NCBI GenBank assembly: GCA_031552995.1
Contig: JAVBMB010000009.1
Coordinates: 1,345-65,344 of the forward strand
Direction: 5' to 3'
From: Oscillospiraceae bacterium
GTDB taxonomy: Bacteria; Bacillota; Clostridia; Oscillospirales; Butyricicoccaceae
Length of the DNA stretch: 64,000 nt
How positions within the stretch are numbered: the stretch's first letter is position 1; each line of letters starts with the position of its first letter. This document shows positions 16,739-26,366 of this stretch, piece by piece. The translations under genes and the position numbers were made by a program. Under the pieces are notes generated by a model. That model was not told where the DNA came from. It was given only the letters and a program-made list of their open reading frames with translations, and ran no database searches.

Positions 16739-19700
16739 TTAGACTTCCGGATTGGCAATCAGCGTAGGCCTGCCGAGCGTGCCGATGGTGGCGGTATTCC
16801 ACACGCTCACCGTATTCCAGCCCAAGGAGGTAATGACGGCGAGCAGGCTGGACGGATCCATACTCTGGCCGTCAAGCCCGTTTGGATCACTGATCGGTGT
16901 AACCGGCACGCCGCCGGAGAGCAGGGTCATTGCGCTGCTCGCGTAATTCTGCGCTAGCGTCGCGCCGTTTACCAGCTGCCCGCAGACCCTGTGCACCACC
17001 CCGCCCGCGTTGGTGGCAACAGCTGAGGGACCCAGGGCGATGCTGCTTTGCATGCTGGCTGCGCCCACTGCGTTGTTCTCCAGAGCTCCTGCAAGACCGG
17101 CGACGGCGGAGGCGCCGGTGACAGAACCCGACGCATAGCAGCGGCTCACTATCGCGCCGAACCCATGGCCAAGCAGCGCGCCATACTGGACGCCGCTGCC
17201 GCTGCTGTTCCCGATGGCATAGCTGTCCCGGATGACTGTTGGGTTGGCGCACAGCCCCACCATTGAGCCGACCTCAGACTGCGCATTGACAATCACATTG
17301 CCGGTTGCAAAGCATTGATCAATAAGTCCATAGGCGCAGTTGCCGCTAAAACCGCCTGTGCCGTTGCCGCTTCCCGCTCCGCCGGTGCTGGTTACGTTGC
17401 CGCGTGCCTGGCACTGGAAAAATTGCAGCGAAGGATTTTGCGGGTCGGCCGGTGCGGGCGCGTCGGTGTTGCCGTTGAATCCGCCAATCCGAACAGCGGC
17501 TTGGGCATTGCCGCTGGCCCGGCAGCGAAGATACCTGGCGCCCGAAGTGCGGCCGACAAAGCCGCCGACTTCCTGCGTCGTGGCAGTCACGTTGGCGGTC
17601 GCGGAGCAGTCGGTCACGAACATAATCGGTGTTGTGGGTATCGGCGTGATGTTCTGCAGGCCGATGTGGCCGGCGAACCCACCGCTTACGCCTGCGGACG
17701 ATGGTCCATTCGCCGCTATCGCAGAGGCGCTTGAGTGGCAGTTTGTAACGTTGGTGGAGCCGCCGCCGGTCATGGCCTGCATTGCGCCGATCACGCCGCC
17801 CATGGACGCGGCTCGCCCGGTGACATCCACGCCGCAATTGATATTGGCGTAGCTGCTGCCGCCTGTACGCACTTCGATAGTGCCAAATGCGCCGCCCAGC
17901 CGGTTGTTTCCGAAAATCGCGCCGCTTTGCACCCCGCCGCCCGACATGGTAAGTGGGGCGGTCAGCGACGTAAAGCCGATGAGCCCGCCTTGATGCGCGG
18001 CGGTCGCAGGCGGATTGGGCTCATTGATTTGTATTTGCGTAACGACCAGATTCGTGAGGTTGGACGGGGCGCTGCACGCAAACATGCCGATGATGCCGCC
18101 GCAGTTAGCGGCAAAGAAGCGAAAGATGCCGGTTCCCACAAGGACATTTGACATTTGGTTCAGCCCCGCACTGACCAGACCGATCACGCCGCCCTGGTTT
18201 TGGGAGCCGGTGACCTCCGACTCTGTAACGGTCACGTCGCTGACTGCGGCCGTGGCCCCCGCTTGGTTGAGCAGGCCGATCAATCCGCCCGCGTTGACGG
18301 AGAACGATGTGAGCTCGGCGGTGACCAGCCGCATGGCGTTTATGCGCTCGACGGTAACCGCGCCTTCCAGCACACCGGCCATGCCGCCGATATATCCGAT
18401 GTTGCTGCCTGTGCCGGAGCGCCCGCCGGATGCCCGCCCCGGAGTGAGGGTGATGTCCCGGATAGCGCCGCCTTGCATATAACCCACCAGCGTACCGATT
18501 CTGCCGGTCTGCGCGGGGTCGGCAAAGCCGGTGAACAGGGCTTCAGAAAATGCGTTGGTGAGGGTGAGCCGCTCCAAGATAACTCCGCGCACCTGGCCGA
18601 ACAGTCCGCGCACCAGCACCGGGTTTTGGGGCGCGGCGGCGGCGTTGATGGTCAGATTGTCGATGACAGTGCCGCCCTGCGGAGTCCCCGCTATGCCGGT
18701 GAACACATGTTCGCCGGACAGCGGCGGCGTAATCAATCCAATATCCACGTTGCCGATGGGCCGCCAACCGTTGCCGCCCCAGGCAGATGAGTAGTTGGCC
18801 AAGTCGAATGCGCTGTCCAGGCTGTAGGTCAGCGACAGGCTGTCGGGCATGCCGTGCACGCCGCCTGTCTGGTCGTAAAGCACCTGCATGCCTTCGATAT
18901 TATCCAGAATGCGCGCGTTTTCCGTCACTCCCGCCCGGTTACCGGGGTACCCCTGCGTGAGATCGGGATAAAACGCCATCTCTGCCGGTGTGCACATGCG
19001 CACAAAGAAGGGATCGCCGGCGATGCCGTTGCCCGTGGCGAACGGCATGCCTATGGCCGACTCAAACAGCGTCAGAACGCCCGTTGACCGTCCCTCGCTG
19101 GTGACGCCCACCACATAAACGTTATAATTGAAGCCGTCCATAACGCCGGTCTCCATCGGCAGCGGGGTGATGTTCTCTTTTCCGGTCAGGGTGAAGGGAA
19201 AGGTTTGCGTGGCGGCGGTCAGCGCGCGCGCGAACCGGCCGCGCACCGCGTTACCGGTGGTCAGCGGCACAGGGTCGCTGTAGCCGATGACCTCCTCTGC
19301 GGTCGGCACGGGCTCTCCGGGGGTCAGCAGCAGATAATAGATGGAAAGTGTCGTGTCCGGCGAGGCGGAGCCGGTCATGACCATATCTACCGTCCTGAAT
19401 ACAGGACCGCGCACCAACGATATGAGATTCACGTTCAGGAAGCTGGTATCTACCGTGAATATTGAGAACGTGCGTGAAGCGTCCGTAGGATTGCAGAGCG
19501 CGCCCAACTGGGTCGCAACGACGGTATATGTGCCGTCCGGCAGGTCAGTCGGCGTCTGCACGCCCCACTCGCCATCCTCAAACAGCGCTGCAGTTTCACA
19601 AAACACGGTCGCGCCAAGACTGTTCTGCACGCACACCAGCACCTGGCTGCCCGGAATGCCGCGCCCCGCAATGGAAGGTCTTGAAGATGCGATTACCTCA

Positions 19701-20674
19701 TTTAGCTCCGGCAGGTCAATGGGCGGAGGCGGGCAGGCGGGGTAGATCACATCGAAGCAGGTTTCGTCCCGCGGCGGATTGGGGTCGTTACCGGCCGGGC
19801 AGCGGAGCACTGCCAGCACACAGTGGCGACCCTGCGTCCACGGTGGATTGGGTTCATAAATCCAGTTGCCGTTTGCGTCGATGGGCACCCGTCCGACCGA
19901 TACGCCGTCGACAAAGAGTTCAGCCTCGCAGCCGGGTTCCCCCGTTCCGGTGACAGGGTCCTCCGGGTCTGCGCTGCCGCCGTCCTCCGGCCCGGTGATT
20001 TGGATGCCCGGCACCTCAAAGCAACTGGTATCCTCAAGCGGAGGCGGACATGCGCACGCACATCGCAAGATCGCGCGCACACAATGGGTGCCTGTTTCCC
20101 AGGGGACGGGCGGCTGATAGACCCATCGCCCGCTTGGGTCGATGAATACTCGTCCGACAAAGATGCCGTCTCGATAAAGCTCCACTTCACAGCCGGGTTC
20201 CCCGGTACCGATAACGGGGGCTCCAGGATTGACGCTTCCGCCGTTCTGGGGGCTGGTAATGTGGATTTCCGTACCTTGCGCAACGCAAAAACATGATGTG
20301 TCTTCCGGCGGATTCCCTCTGTAGTCGCCAGGGCAGCGCAAGACTGCACGAACGCAATGCCGACCGCCATTCCATGGAACCGGGGGCTGATACAGCCAGT
20401 TCCCGCAGACATCAATGCAGACGGACCCGGAAAACCTTCCGTCAATGTACAAATCCGCACGGCAAAGGGGCGTGCCCTGCCCGGTGACCGGTTCTGTCGG
20501 GCTTGCATTGCTGCAGCTGCAGGGGCCGGTGATGCGAATAGTGTGGCAGGGATTACGGCTGCACGGCCGGCTAGGTGCAGGAACCGGGAAACGGAAGCAG
20601 GAGCCCCCGCAAGATGAACTTCTTAGGAATGACGGGGTATATGATGGAAAATAATTACTGAAGATCTCTTTCAT
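16739..20674 (-). CDS. giant GLUG-motif beta-helix protein with three N-terminal Cys-rich Ig-like repeats and no signal peptide
   Basis: The start was chosen at the ATG 6 nt after AGGAGG (MKEIFSNYF...). Three repeats of about 85 aa follow the pattern PV(T/I)G(Q/T)GEPGC...L(Y/F).DG...G.V.ID..G.W.Y.P..PW..G.HCV.A.LRC. After them come Ig-like segments and many GG(L/V/I)(I/V)G repeats (GGLIGLLNQ, GGVIGLVSAG, CGGIIGMFAC, GGLIGFTS, MGGVIGAMQ, VGGFVGRTSG, ...CFATGNV..., ...CYASGSVTG), which are characteristic of the GLUG motif. Confidence 0.8.
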   Translation of the reverse strand: MKEIFSNYFPSYTPSFLRSSSCGGSCFRFPVPAPSRPCSRNPCHTIRITGPCSCSNASPTEPVTGQGTPLCRADLYIDGRFSGSVCIDVCGNWLYQPPVPWNGGRHCVRAVLRCPGDYRGNPPEDTSCFCVAQGTEIHITSPQNGGSVNPGAPVIGTGEPGCEVELYRDGIFVGRVFIDPSGRWVYQPPVPWETGTHCVRAILRCACACPPPLEDTSCFEVPGIQITGPEDGGSADPEDPVTGTGEPGCEAELFVDGVSVGRVPIDANGNWIYEPNPPWTQGRHCVLAVLRCPAGNDPNPPRDETCFDVIYPACPPPPIDLPELNEVIASSRPSIAGRGIPGSQVLVCVQNSLGATVFCETAALFEDGEWGVQTPTDLPDGTYTVVATQLGALCNPTDASRTFSIFTVDTSFLNVNLISLVRGPVFRTVDMVMTGSASPDTTLSIYYLLLTPGEPVPTAEEVIGYSDPVPLTTGNAVRGRFARALTAATQTFPFTLTGKENITPLPMETGVMDGFNYNVYVVGVTSEGRSTGVLTLFESAIGMPFATGNGIAGDPFFVRMCTPAEMAFYPDLTQGYPGNRAGVTENARILDNIEGMQVLYDQTGGVHGMPDSLSLTYSLDSAFDLANYSSAWGGNGWRPIGNVDIGLITPPLSGEHVFTGIAGTPQGGTVIDNLTINAAAAPQNPVLVRGLFGQVRGVILERLTLTNAFSEALFTGFADPAQTGRIGTLVGYMQGGAIRDITLTPGRASGGRSGTGSNIGYIGGMAGVLEGAVTVERINAMRLVTAELTSFSVNAGGLIGLLNQAGATAAVSDVTVTESEVTGSQNQGGVIGLVSAGLNQMSNVLVGTGIFRFFAANCGGIIGMFACSAPSNLTNLVVTQIQINEPNPPATAAHQGGLIGFTSLTAPLTMSGGGVQSGAIFGNNRLGGAFGTIEVRTGGSSYANINCGVDVTGRAASMGGVIGAMQAMTGGGSTNVTNCHSSASAIAANGPSSAGVSGGFAGHIGLQNITPIPTTPIMFVTDCSATANVTATTQEVGGFVGRTSGARYLRCRASGNAQAAVRIGGFNGNTDAPAPADPQNPSLQFFQCQARGNVTSTGGAGSGNGTGGFSGNCAYGLIDQCFATGNVIVNAQSEVGSMVGLCANPTVIRDSYAIGNSSGSGVQYGALLGHGFGAIVSRCYASGSVTGASAVAGLAGALENNAVGAASMQSSIALGPSAVATNAGGVVHRVCGQLVNGATLAQNYASSAMTLLSGGVPVTPISDPNGLDGQSMDPSSLLAVITSLGWNTVSVWNTATIGTLGRPTLIANPEV

Positions 20675-21826
20675 AAACATCCTCCTAAACAATCTTCTCG
20701 AAAGTGATTGAAATCTCACTTAAAAAGCATATGCATTAAAACATGTGCTTATTTATGCTTAAAGGCTTTGTTACATTGCAGATATAGGGTATTTGCCTTG
20801 TCCTTATTGTCTGATTGGGATTCTTCGTTATATACAGAGAGCAGTACCAGAATCCGTCCCCAAAGCTGGATTCTGCATCCTGTCAGTCTTCGATTTTACC
20901 GATATACTATACCGGGATGCCGGCCTTATGAAAATATCATTTTCATAAGTGCTGCACACTGAAAGCTTTTACTTTTGGAGGGTATCTGGGCCTCAACATC
21001 TCTTACAACTTCTGTTCACTATTCTTCACGTCTAATATTGGTCATAAAATCGCCATACATTGTATAATATGTCGATTGATAGCTTTGGTTACGCCATGTG
21101 TCATTTTGGGTGGCCGGACTGCCCGAGTGAAACAGACTGCAGACCATTTGAGCTTATCTAAAAACAAAGACGCCTGGATTTATCCAGACGTCTGGTGTTG
21201 CTTTTATCCTCACTGAATGGCAGGCGGGATGCGCGATGCAACTGTCCTGCAATATAAGTGTCTCAGTCAAAGCAATAGCGACCAGCCGAGATTTTCTTCG
21301 GTCTAGCCGCTAAGTGTTCTTTCATGCCCTATAATCCGGCAGATTAGATTGCATATCCGAGCTTACAAATTAGTTAGATACGGGGGATGGAGCTTAAAGC
21401 CCTATGTGGTTAATATTCGGCTCAAACATCAATCCTGTTGTTTTTTTGGCATTAGAGTCATTTGGGCTATCCTTGCCGAATACGCTGCAGATGGGTGCTG
21501 TGCTTGTGTGGCAAAATTCCACCCTGTCAGATGATATGCTCCAGGTATGCCTGCAGGGTTGCCCGCCCGTCGTACCGCCCGCGTTAGACTAAATGCCCAT
21601 GCATTGCAATACGGGATTGTGAAATATCCGCGAAAATGCTAAACTGGCATTGTCATGTCGCCGCTTGCGGCAGCGCAGGGCCGATCTGTTTGCGCGCGAC
21701 GGCCTGCTAATGACATTTTTGTATTGGAAATGACCTGCGCTGTTGCGTTGAAGCTTTGACAGGCGGAGGAGTCAGGTCATTTGCGACCATCAGCAGCAGG
21801 CATGTGAATGTGAACGGAGTGTGGAG

Positions 21827-22684
21827 ATGAGCAAAATTGAATTATTGATGAACCGGGATGAGCAAACCGTAGCCCGCCTGATTGACATATGGGAATCCGC
21901 TGTAAAGAATATACATGCTCTCCCTTCTGAAGACGATGTTGCCCGGATTAGGCCGGAGGTGCGGAAGGCATTAAGCGGCATTGAGCATTTATGCGGATAT
22001 TACGATGAAAGCGGCGTTTTGCAGGGGTTCATCGGCGTAGCCGGCCGCAAGATAGAGATGCTTTTTATTGACGGGCGCGACGGACGGCAAGACATCGGCA
22101 GGCAGCTTGTGAGCTATGCGGTTGCCGGCTTTGGCGCCAGGCCGGTCGATGTAAACGAGCAGGACAGGCAAGGCGGGATGTTTCCCCTGCCGCCCCCTGC
22201 GCCTGACTCGCCTGCGGAGCCGCTGTTTCGCCCCGCCATGCCAGGTGACGCCGCTGAGCTTAAAAATATTGCGAGGCGCGTGATTCAGGCAAACTACACG
22301 CCGTTTCTCGGTGAGGAGACTGTACGGGAGTTCATCGAAAGCGGCCAGTCGGACAAAGAGATTGACGATGGGTTAAATACATGCGCGGTTATGGTGTCCG
22401 GCGGCAAAACTGTCGGGTTTACCATTGTAAATGGGGAAGTGCTGCATCTCATCATGGTTGCGCCGGAAGAACAGGGCAAGGGATGCGGCTCTAAGCTGCT
22501 TGCGCATATCGAAGGGCAGATGTTCATGGCACATCCGGTTATTACGCTGCAAACATTCGAGAGCAATATTGGCGCCATCGCCTTTTATCAAAAGCATGGG
22601 TGGCGTGAGGCCGGGCGGCAGACGGTTGACGGCATGGACATTTCTTTGGTCGTTTTCCAAAAAGCGAGACAGGCAGATGACTGA
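21827..22684 (+). CDS. tandem GNAT acetyltransferase: a truncated YjaB-like GNAT fused to a complete GNAT
   Basis: ACGGAG lies 7 nt before ATG 21827. The first half (LIDIWESAVKNIHALP...IEMLFIDGRDGRQDIGRQLVSYAV...VDVNEQDRQG) stops before the usual A..FY...GF element. A Pro-rich linker follows (PLPPPAPDSPAEP). The second half is a complete GNAT (LHLIMVAPEEQGKGCGSKLL...ESNIGAIAFYQKHGW). Confidence 0.8.
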   Translation: MSKIELLMNRDEQTVARLIDIWESAVKNIHALPSEDDVARIRPEVRKALSGIEHLCGYYDESGVLQGFIGVAGRKIEMLFIDGRDGRQDIGRQLVSYAVAGFGARPVDVNEQDRQGGMFPLPPPAPDSPAEPLFRPAMPGDAAELKNIARRVIQANYTPFLGEETVREFIESGQSDKEIDDGLNTCAVMVSGGKTVGFTIVNGEVLHLIMVAPEEQGKGCGSKLLAHIEGQMFMAHPVITLQTFESNIGAIAFYQKHGWREAGRQTVDGMDISLVVFQKARQADD

Positions 22685-22730
22685 TTGCCTGTGCTGCCCG
22701 GTGAAAGATAAAGACAGAGGTGACTGATTG

Positions 22731-23702
22731 ATGATTGAGGTTGTATTCAGTGACAGCGCATGCGGAGGACTGAAAGCGGCGCAGCATTACGGTGAGGGAG
22801 AATACCGCAGCGGCGCTGCCGGCGTGATCGTAGGCCATAGTGACGGCAGCAATCCGAGCGAAGAAGAACTTCAGGCCGTTTTGCAAAAGGCCGAAGAGCG
22901 AATGCAGGCGGAATGGGAAAACGCTGAGCCCATGGGCGGGAATCCCGCCGATGTCTACGGCTTTGGCTATGGTCTGAGCGTGGGAGATATCTCGGAAGAT
23001 ATTCCGGGCGAAAAGCGCCGGCAGGTGCTGGAATGGCTGTATGGCATTTATCCTTTTCTCGATAAGGAGCCTGCCTTCACAGAGGAAATGATGCAAAAGG
23101 GAAAGGACGTTTTGGAGGAAATTTCCGGCCGCATCCGCGAGGGGGAAGCTGTTCGAGTTTGGTACAGCAATCAGCCCGATGAGCTTTGCGGGATGCATTG
23201 GTTTATGGCTTGGCTCGGGCAGTTAAACCTGCAAAGAGGGCAAGTCATACTTGTCCAGCTTCCCGATTGGGAGCCGCTTGAGGATGGAAGCATCATCACG
23301 CACAGCGGCTGGGGCGGCGTAAAACCGGGAGACTGGCATCGTTATGCTGCCATGCAAAGAGAAGTCGCGCCGAAGTTTTGCATGGCATGCGCCGAGCATT
23401 GGAAGGACCTCCGGGGGGAAAACGCCCCTTTGCGCGCCGTGCTGAACGGGCGGCTTGCAAGTGTGCCGGAAACAATTTATGACGGCTTTATCATCCGTGA
23501 AATCGAAGCGGAGGAAGATGAGTTTCACGAAGCGATGGTAATCGGCAGAGTGCTTGGGAAGTATTCGCTTGGGATCGGTGACGCGTGGGTTGCCCACCGC
23601 ATCGAAGGCATGATTGCCGCCGGAAGACTGATTCCGGTTACACAGCCCGCGCCCGGCGATCCGATTTATCATAGAAGGCTGAAGAAGAACCACAAGGTCT
23701 GA
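22731..23702 (+). CDS. DUF1835/DUF3658-like protein
   Basis: The N-terminus (IEVVFSDSACGGLKAAQ, later VRVWYSNQPDELCGMHWFM) and the C-terminal part (ETIYDGFIIREI...VIGRVLGKYSLGIGDAWVAHRIEGMIAAGRL) match my recollection of these two families. The function is unknown. Confidence 0.55.
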   Translation: MIEVVFSDSACGGLKAAQHYGEGEYRSGAAGVIVGHSDGSNPSEEELQAVLQKAEERMQAEWENAEPMGGNPADVYGFGYGLSVGDISEDIPGEKRRQVLEWLYGIYPFLDKEPAFTEEMMQKGKDVLEEISGRIREGEAVRVWYSNQPDELCGMHWFMAWLGQLNLQRGQVILVQLPDWEPLEDGSIITHSGWGGVKPGDWHRYAAMQREVAPKFCMACAEHWKDLRGENAPLRAVLNGRLASVPETIYDGFIIREIEAEEDEFHEAMVIGRVLGKYSLGIGDAWVAHRIEGMIAAGRLIPVTQPAPGDPIYHRRLKKNHKV

Positions 23703-23838
23703 TATAAACTGGAGGGTATCGACTGTAGGCTTTATGGGGAGTATATCAGTTGTTGGAGAAGCCTTGTCTGTTTGCAGTGAGATGCTGAGAGCGAAGCCGG
23801 TATCATAATCCGAAATAGAAATAGCGCGATAAAACTCC

Positions 23839-24666
23839 CTACGGCACAAACTCCATGCTGGTACGTTCGCTTGTGCCGGCAAAAACGGTATGGCCGTTTC
23901 GGGACAGGCGTATCGCTGCCTTTGAGGAAACGCACTCCTTGATTATCCGCGACATTTTTCCCGCACTCGGCGCTTTCAGCTCGTATCCCTCTTTTATCTG
24001 CGGAAAAACCTCAAGGAGCAACGCCCCCTGTTTGATTCTTACGGCGTCCCGGCCGCTTTCCAGCACTTTTGCGCCGAGATAGGTCGCGATACGGTACTGC
24101 TTGCCGCGGGTGTAAATGATGCCGATGCATCCCTTGAAGCTTTGCCCAAGGAAGGGAATATCGGCTGTAGAGAGAAAAACGGATGCCGGTTCGGAGAAAT
24201 CGTTGCTGTGAAGCCAGGTGTATGCGCTGGGGAACGAGCGGCCGCTGTCACCTTCGATGTACCCAATGCCGTCGGTAAAATCGTGCAGATCCCCGTTTAA
24301 CTCTATACTGCCGGACAAATTGTGATACAGGCTGATGATTTGGTGCCGGCACTCCATGGGCAAAAGCCTGAATGGCCCCATGATATCATATAGCGGCGGC
24401 GTCAGGTTGTGATAAATGACCCGGCCGGTTATGCGGATGTCATCTTTGATAATATTAAGCTTAATCGCATTTAGTCCGAACTCGCACCCGCCCAGCGTGA
24501 TTTGTCTTCCTTTTTTGTACGCGCTGCGCGGGTAGCGGATGACATTTGAACAGTTATCCGTAATGATTTGAACAAAAGCATCCTCCATGCTCCTCCCCAC
24601 GATGACGGAAAGCGTTTGGTCTGCGTTTTGATGCTTGAAATAGAGGCCTTCAAAGCGCTCCATCAT
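23839..24666 (-). CDS. tocopherol-cyclase-like protein
   Basis: It starts FEGLYFKHQ and contains GIGYIEGDSGRSFPSAYTWLHSNDF, which resembles the conserved GYIEKDWGRSFP..W.W.Q.N.F block of the tocopherol cyclase family. Its start overlaps the upstream gene's stop (ATGA). Confidence 0.5.
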   Translation of the reverse strand: MMERFEGLYFKHQNADQTLSVIVGRSMEDAFVQIITDNCSNVIRYPRSAYKKGRQITLGGCEFGLNAIKLNIIKDDIRITGRVIYHNLTPPLYDIMGPFRLLPMECRHQIISLYHNLSGSIELNGDLHDFTDGIGYIEGDSGRSFPSAYTWLHSNDFSEPASVFLSTADIPFLGQSFKGCIGIIYTRGKQYRIATYLGAKVLESGRDAVRIKQGALLLEVFPQIKEGYELKAPSAGKMSRIIKECVSSKAAIRLSRNGHTVFAGTSERTSMEFVP

Positions 24667-26081
24667 ATTTGAATATCCTCCTTCGCGGGGTTATCGAGCA
24701 GGCGGCCGCTCTCATCGAACCGCGAGCCGTGACATGAGCAATCCCATGTTCGCTCGGCATCGTTCCAGCGGAGCTTGCATCCCATGTGAGGGCAGCGCGG
24801 GACGCCCGGGTTGAGAAGACCGGCAGCGGCGGCTCCGAAGTTTAGAAATAGCTGACCCCTCAGCATCGAGCGGCGCGGCGAATACAGGTCTTCCAGTTCG
24901 CTGCAGCCGTAAACTATAAGATCACAAATAAGCCGGGAAGCAACCATCGCGCCGGTCATTCCCCATTTGTTAAAGCCTGTTGCCACATACAGATTGCCCT
25001 TGCCCGCCCGGTGCCGGCCTATATAGGGGATTGCGTCAAGGCTCATCGTGTCCTGTGCCGCCCAGCGGTATTTTTCCGCCGCGTTCGGGTAAGCCTTTGC
25101 CGCCAGCTTTTTCAGCTCGGTATATCCGCCGCCGCGCTTGCCGGTTTTGTGGTCGCCTCCGCCGATGAAGAGCAATCCGCCGTAATTGCGAAAAGAGCAG
25201 CCGTCCTCCCGCTCGTCGAGATACATGCCCTCTACGTCTGGCGCGCCTTCCAGCGCCAGCACATAGCTGCGATGCTGATAGAGCTTCATGAAATAAAGCC
25301 CGGGAATGTTGACCAGAGGGTAATGCGTGGCGAAAACAATATGCTTTGCGGTTATTTTTGCGCACCCGGCCAAGGCAATATTGCCTTCAATTTTGCTGAC
25401 AAAGGTATTCTCGAAAATGCGGAGCTTATCCGCAACCCCGCACAGAAGCTTAAGCGGGTTAAATTGAGCCTGATTGTCCATCGCGAGCGCGCCGTCTGTT
25501 TGCAGCGGCAGCGGAAGGCGGTCTCTGATCCTGCCGGGGAGACCGAGCGCGCGGTATGCATCCGCTTCGCGTTCCAGCTTTTTGCGGTTGCCTATCGAGT
25601 AGATATAGGCTGTTTTTTTCTCTAAATCGCAGTCGTATCTGCCCGCAAGCGCACAAAAATCGGATATTGCCCGCGTGTTGGCTTCATAATGCATTCGCGC
25701 CTTCTCAATGCCGAAACGCCGAATCAGGTCGGCGTAAATCAGCCCGTGCTGAGCCGTGATTTTAGCGGTGGTGTTGCCCGTTGTTCCGCTGCCGATTGTT
25801 TTTGCCTCGGCTAGCATACAGTCGACGCCGGCCTCGCTGAGCCGGTGCGCGATAAGTACGCCCGCCATGCCGCCGCCGATAACCAGCACGTCGGTTTTAA
25901 TGTCGCCCGCCAGAGGCGCGCGGGGCTTTTTGATGCGATTGACGCTGTGTGCCCATACCGACTGCGTATCATTCCTGTCTGTCATCTCACACGCCTTTTC
26001 TCTGTTCGAGCCATGCGCCGTCAGCGGCCGGCGAACAGTATCATCTTTTGGGAAGCGGCTCGCGTTTTTGCGTTCGTTCAT
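24663..26081 (-). CDS. FAD-dependent oxidoreductase fused to a C-terminal Rieske [2Fe-2S] domain (YhfW-like architecture)
   Basis: The dinucleotide-binding motif is DVLVIGGGMAGVLIAHRLSEAG. The C-terminal Rieske ligands are CPHMGC...CSCHGSRFD. The start is uncertain; an alternative ATG at 25985 gives MTDRNDTQSVW. Confidence 0.85.
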   Translation of the reverse strand: MNERKNASRFPKDDTVRRPLTAHGSNREKACEMTDRNDTQSVWAHSVNRIKKPRAPLAGDIKTDVLVIGGGMAGVLIAHRLSEAGVDCMLAEAKTIGSGTTGNTTAKITAQHGLIYADLIRRFGIEKARMHYEANTRAISDFCALAGRYDCDLEKKTAYIYSIGNRKKLEREADAYRALGLPGRIRDRLPLPLQTDGALAMDNQAQFNPLKLLCGVADKLRIFENTFVSKIEGNIALAGCAKITAKHIVFATHYPLVNIPGLYFMKLYQHRSYVLALEGAPDVEGMYLDEREDGCSFRNYGGLLFIGGGDHKTGKRGGGYTELKKLAAKAYPNAAEKYRWAAQDTMSLDAIPYIGRHRAGKGNLYVATGFNKWGMTGAMVASRLICDLIVYGCSELEDLYSPRRSMLRGQLFLNFGAAAAGLLNPGVPRCPHMGCKLRWNDAERTWDCSCHGSRFDESGRLLDNPAKEDIQI

Positions 26082-26366
26082 GCCGTTTTCATTGCCGCGC
26101 CGGAATTACCATGGCAACATAATAATATAGCTTTCCCCGATAAAAGGAAAAATATCGAAGCCGTTTTGCGTGGGAAGTGAGCTGTGCATTAAGCAAGGCG
26201 CGGTATGCGCCGGGACTTGTGCATGCGTCCTGCGCCGGCCTGTCGATATCCACGGCAGCTCGTGAGCTGAGCTGTCATCCGAAATAGTACCATAAAATTG
26301 CTTTACGCCCGCGCAACCAGCGCGGGCGTAAAGCATCGGTGGTATATTGCCGGGCGCGATGACTGT

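Noticed and set aside
16752-20654. Dozens of 60-250-aa ORFs in all frames inside the GLUG gene, for example 19747-20508(-), 18155-18790(+) and 17340-17852(+).
   Set aside because: High GC suppresses stop codons. Their translations are Arg/Pro/Ala/Gly-rich with no motifs, whereas the 1312-aa frame has coherent repeat architecture.
20708-21592. ORFs of 61-84 aa in the gene desert (20708-20962, 21349-21534, 21404-21592).
   Set aside because: They have no RBS and odd composition. They overlap each other or the palindromic elements. I treated the region as non-coding or decayed.
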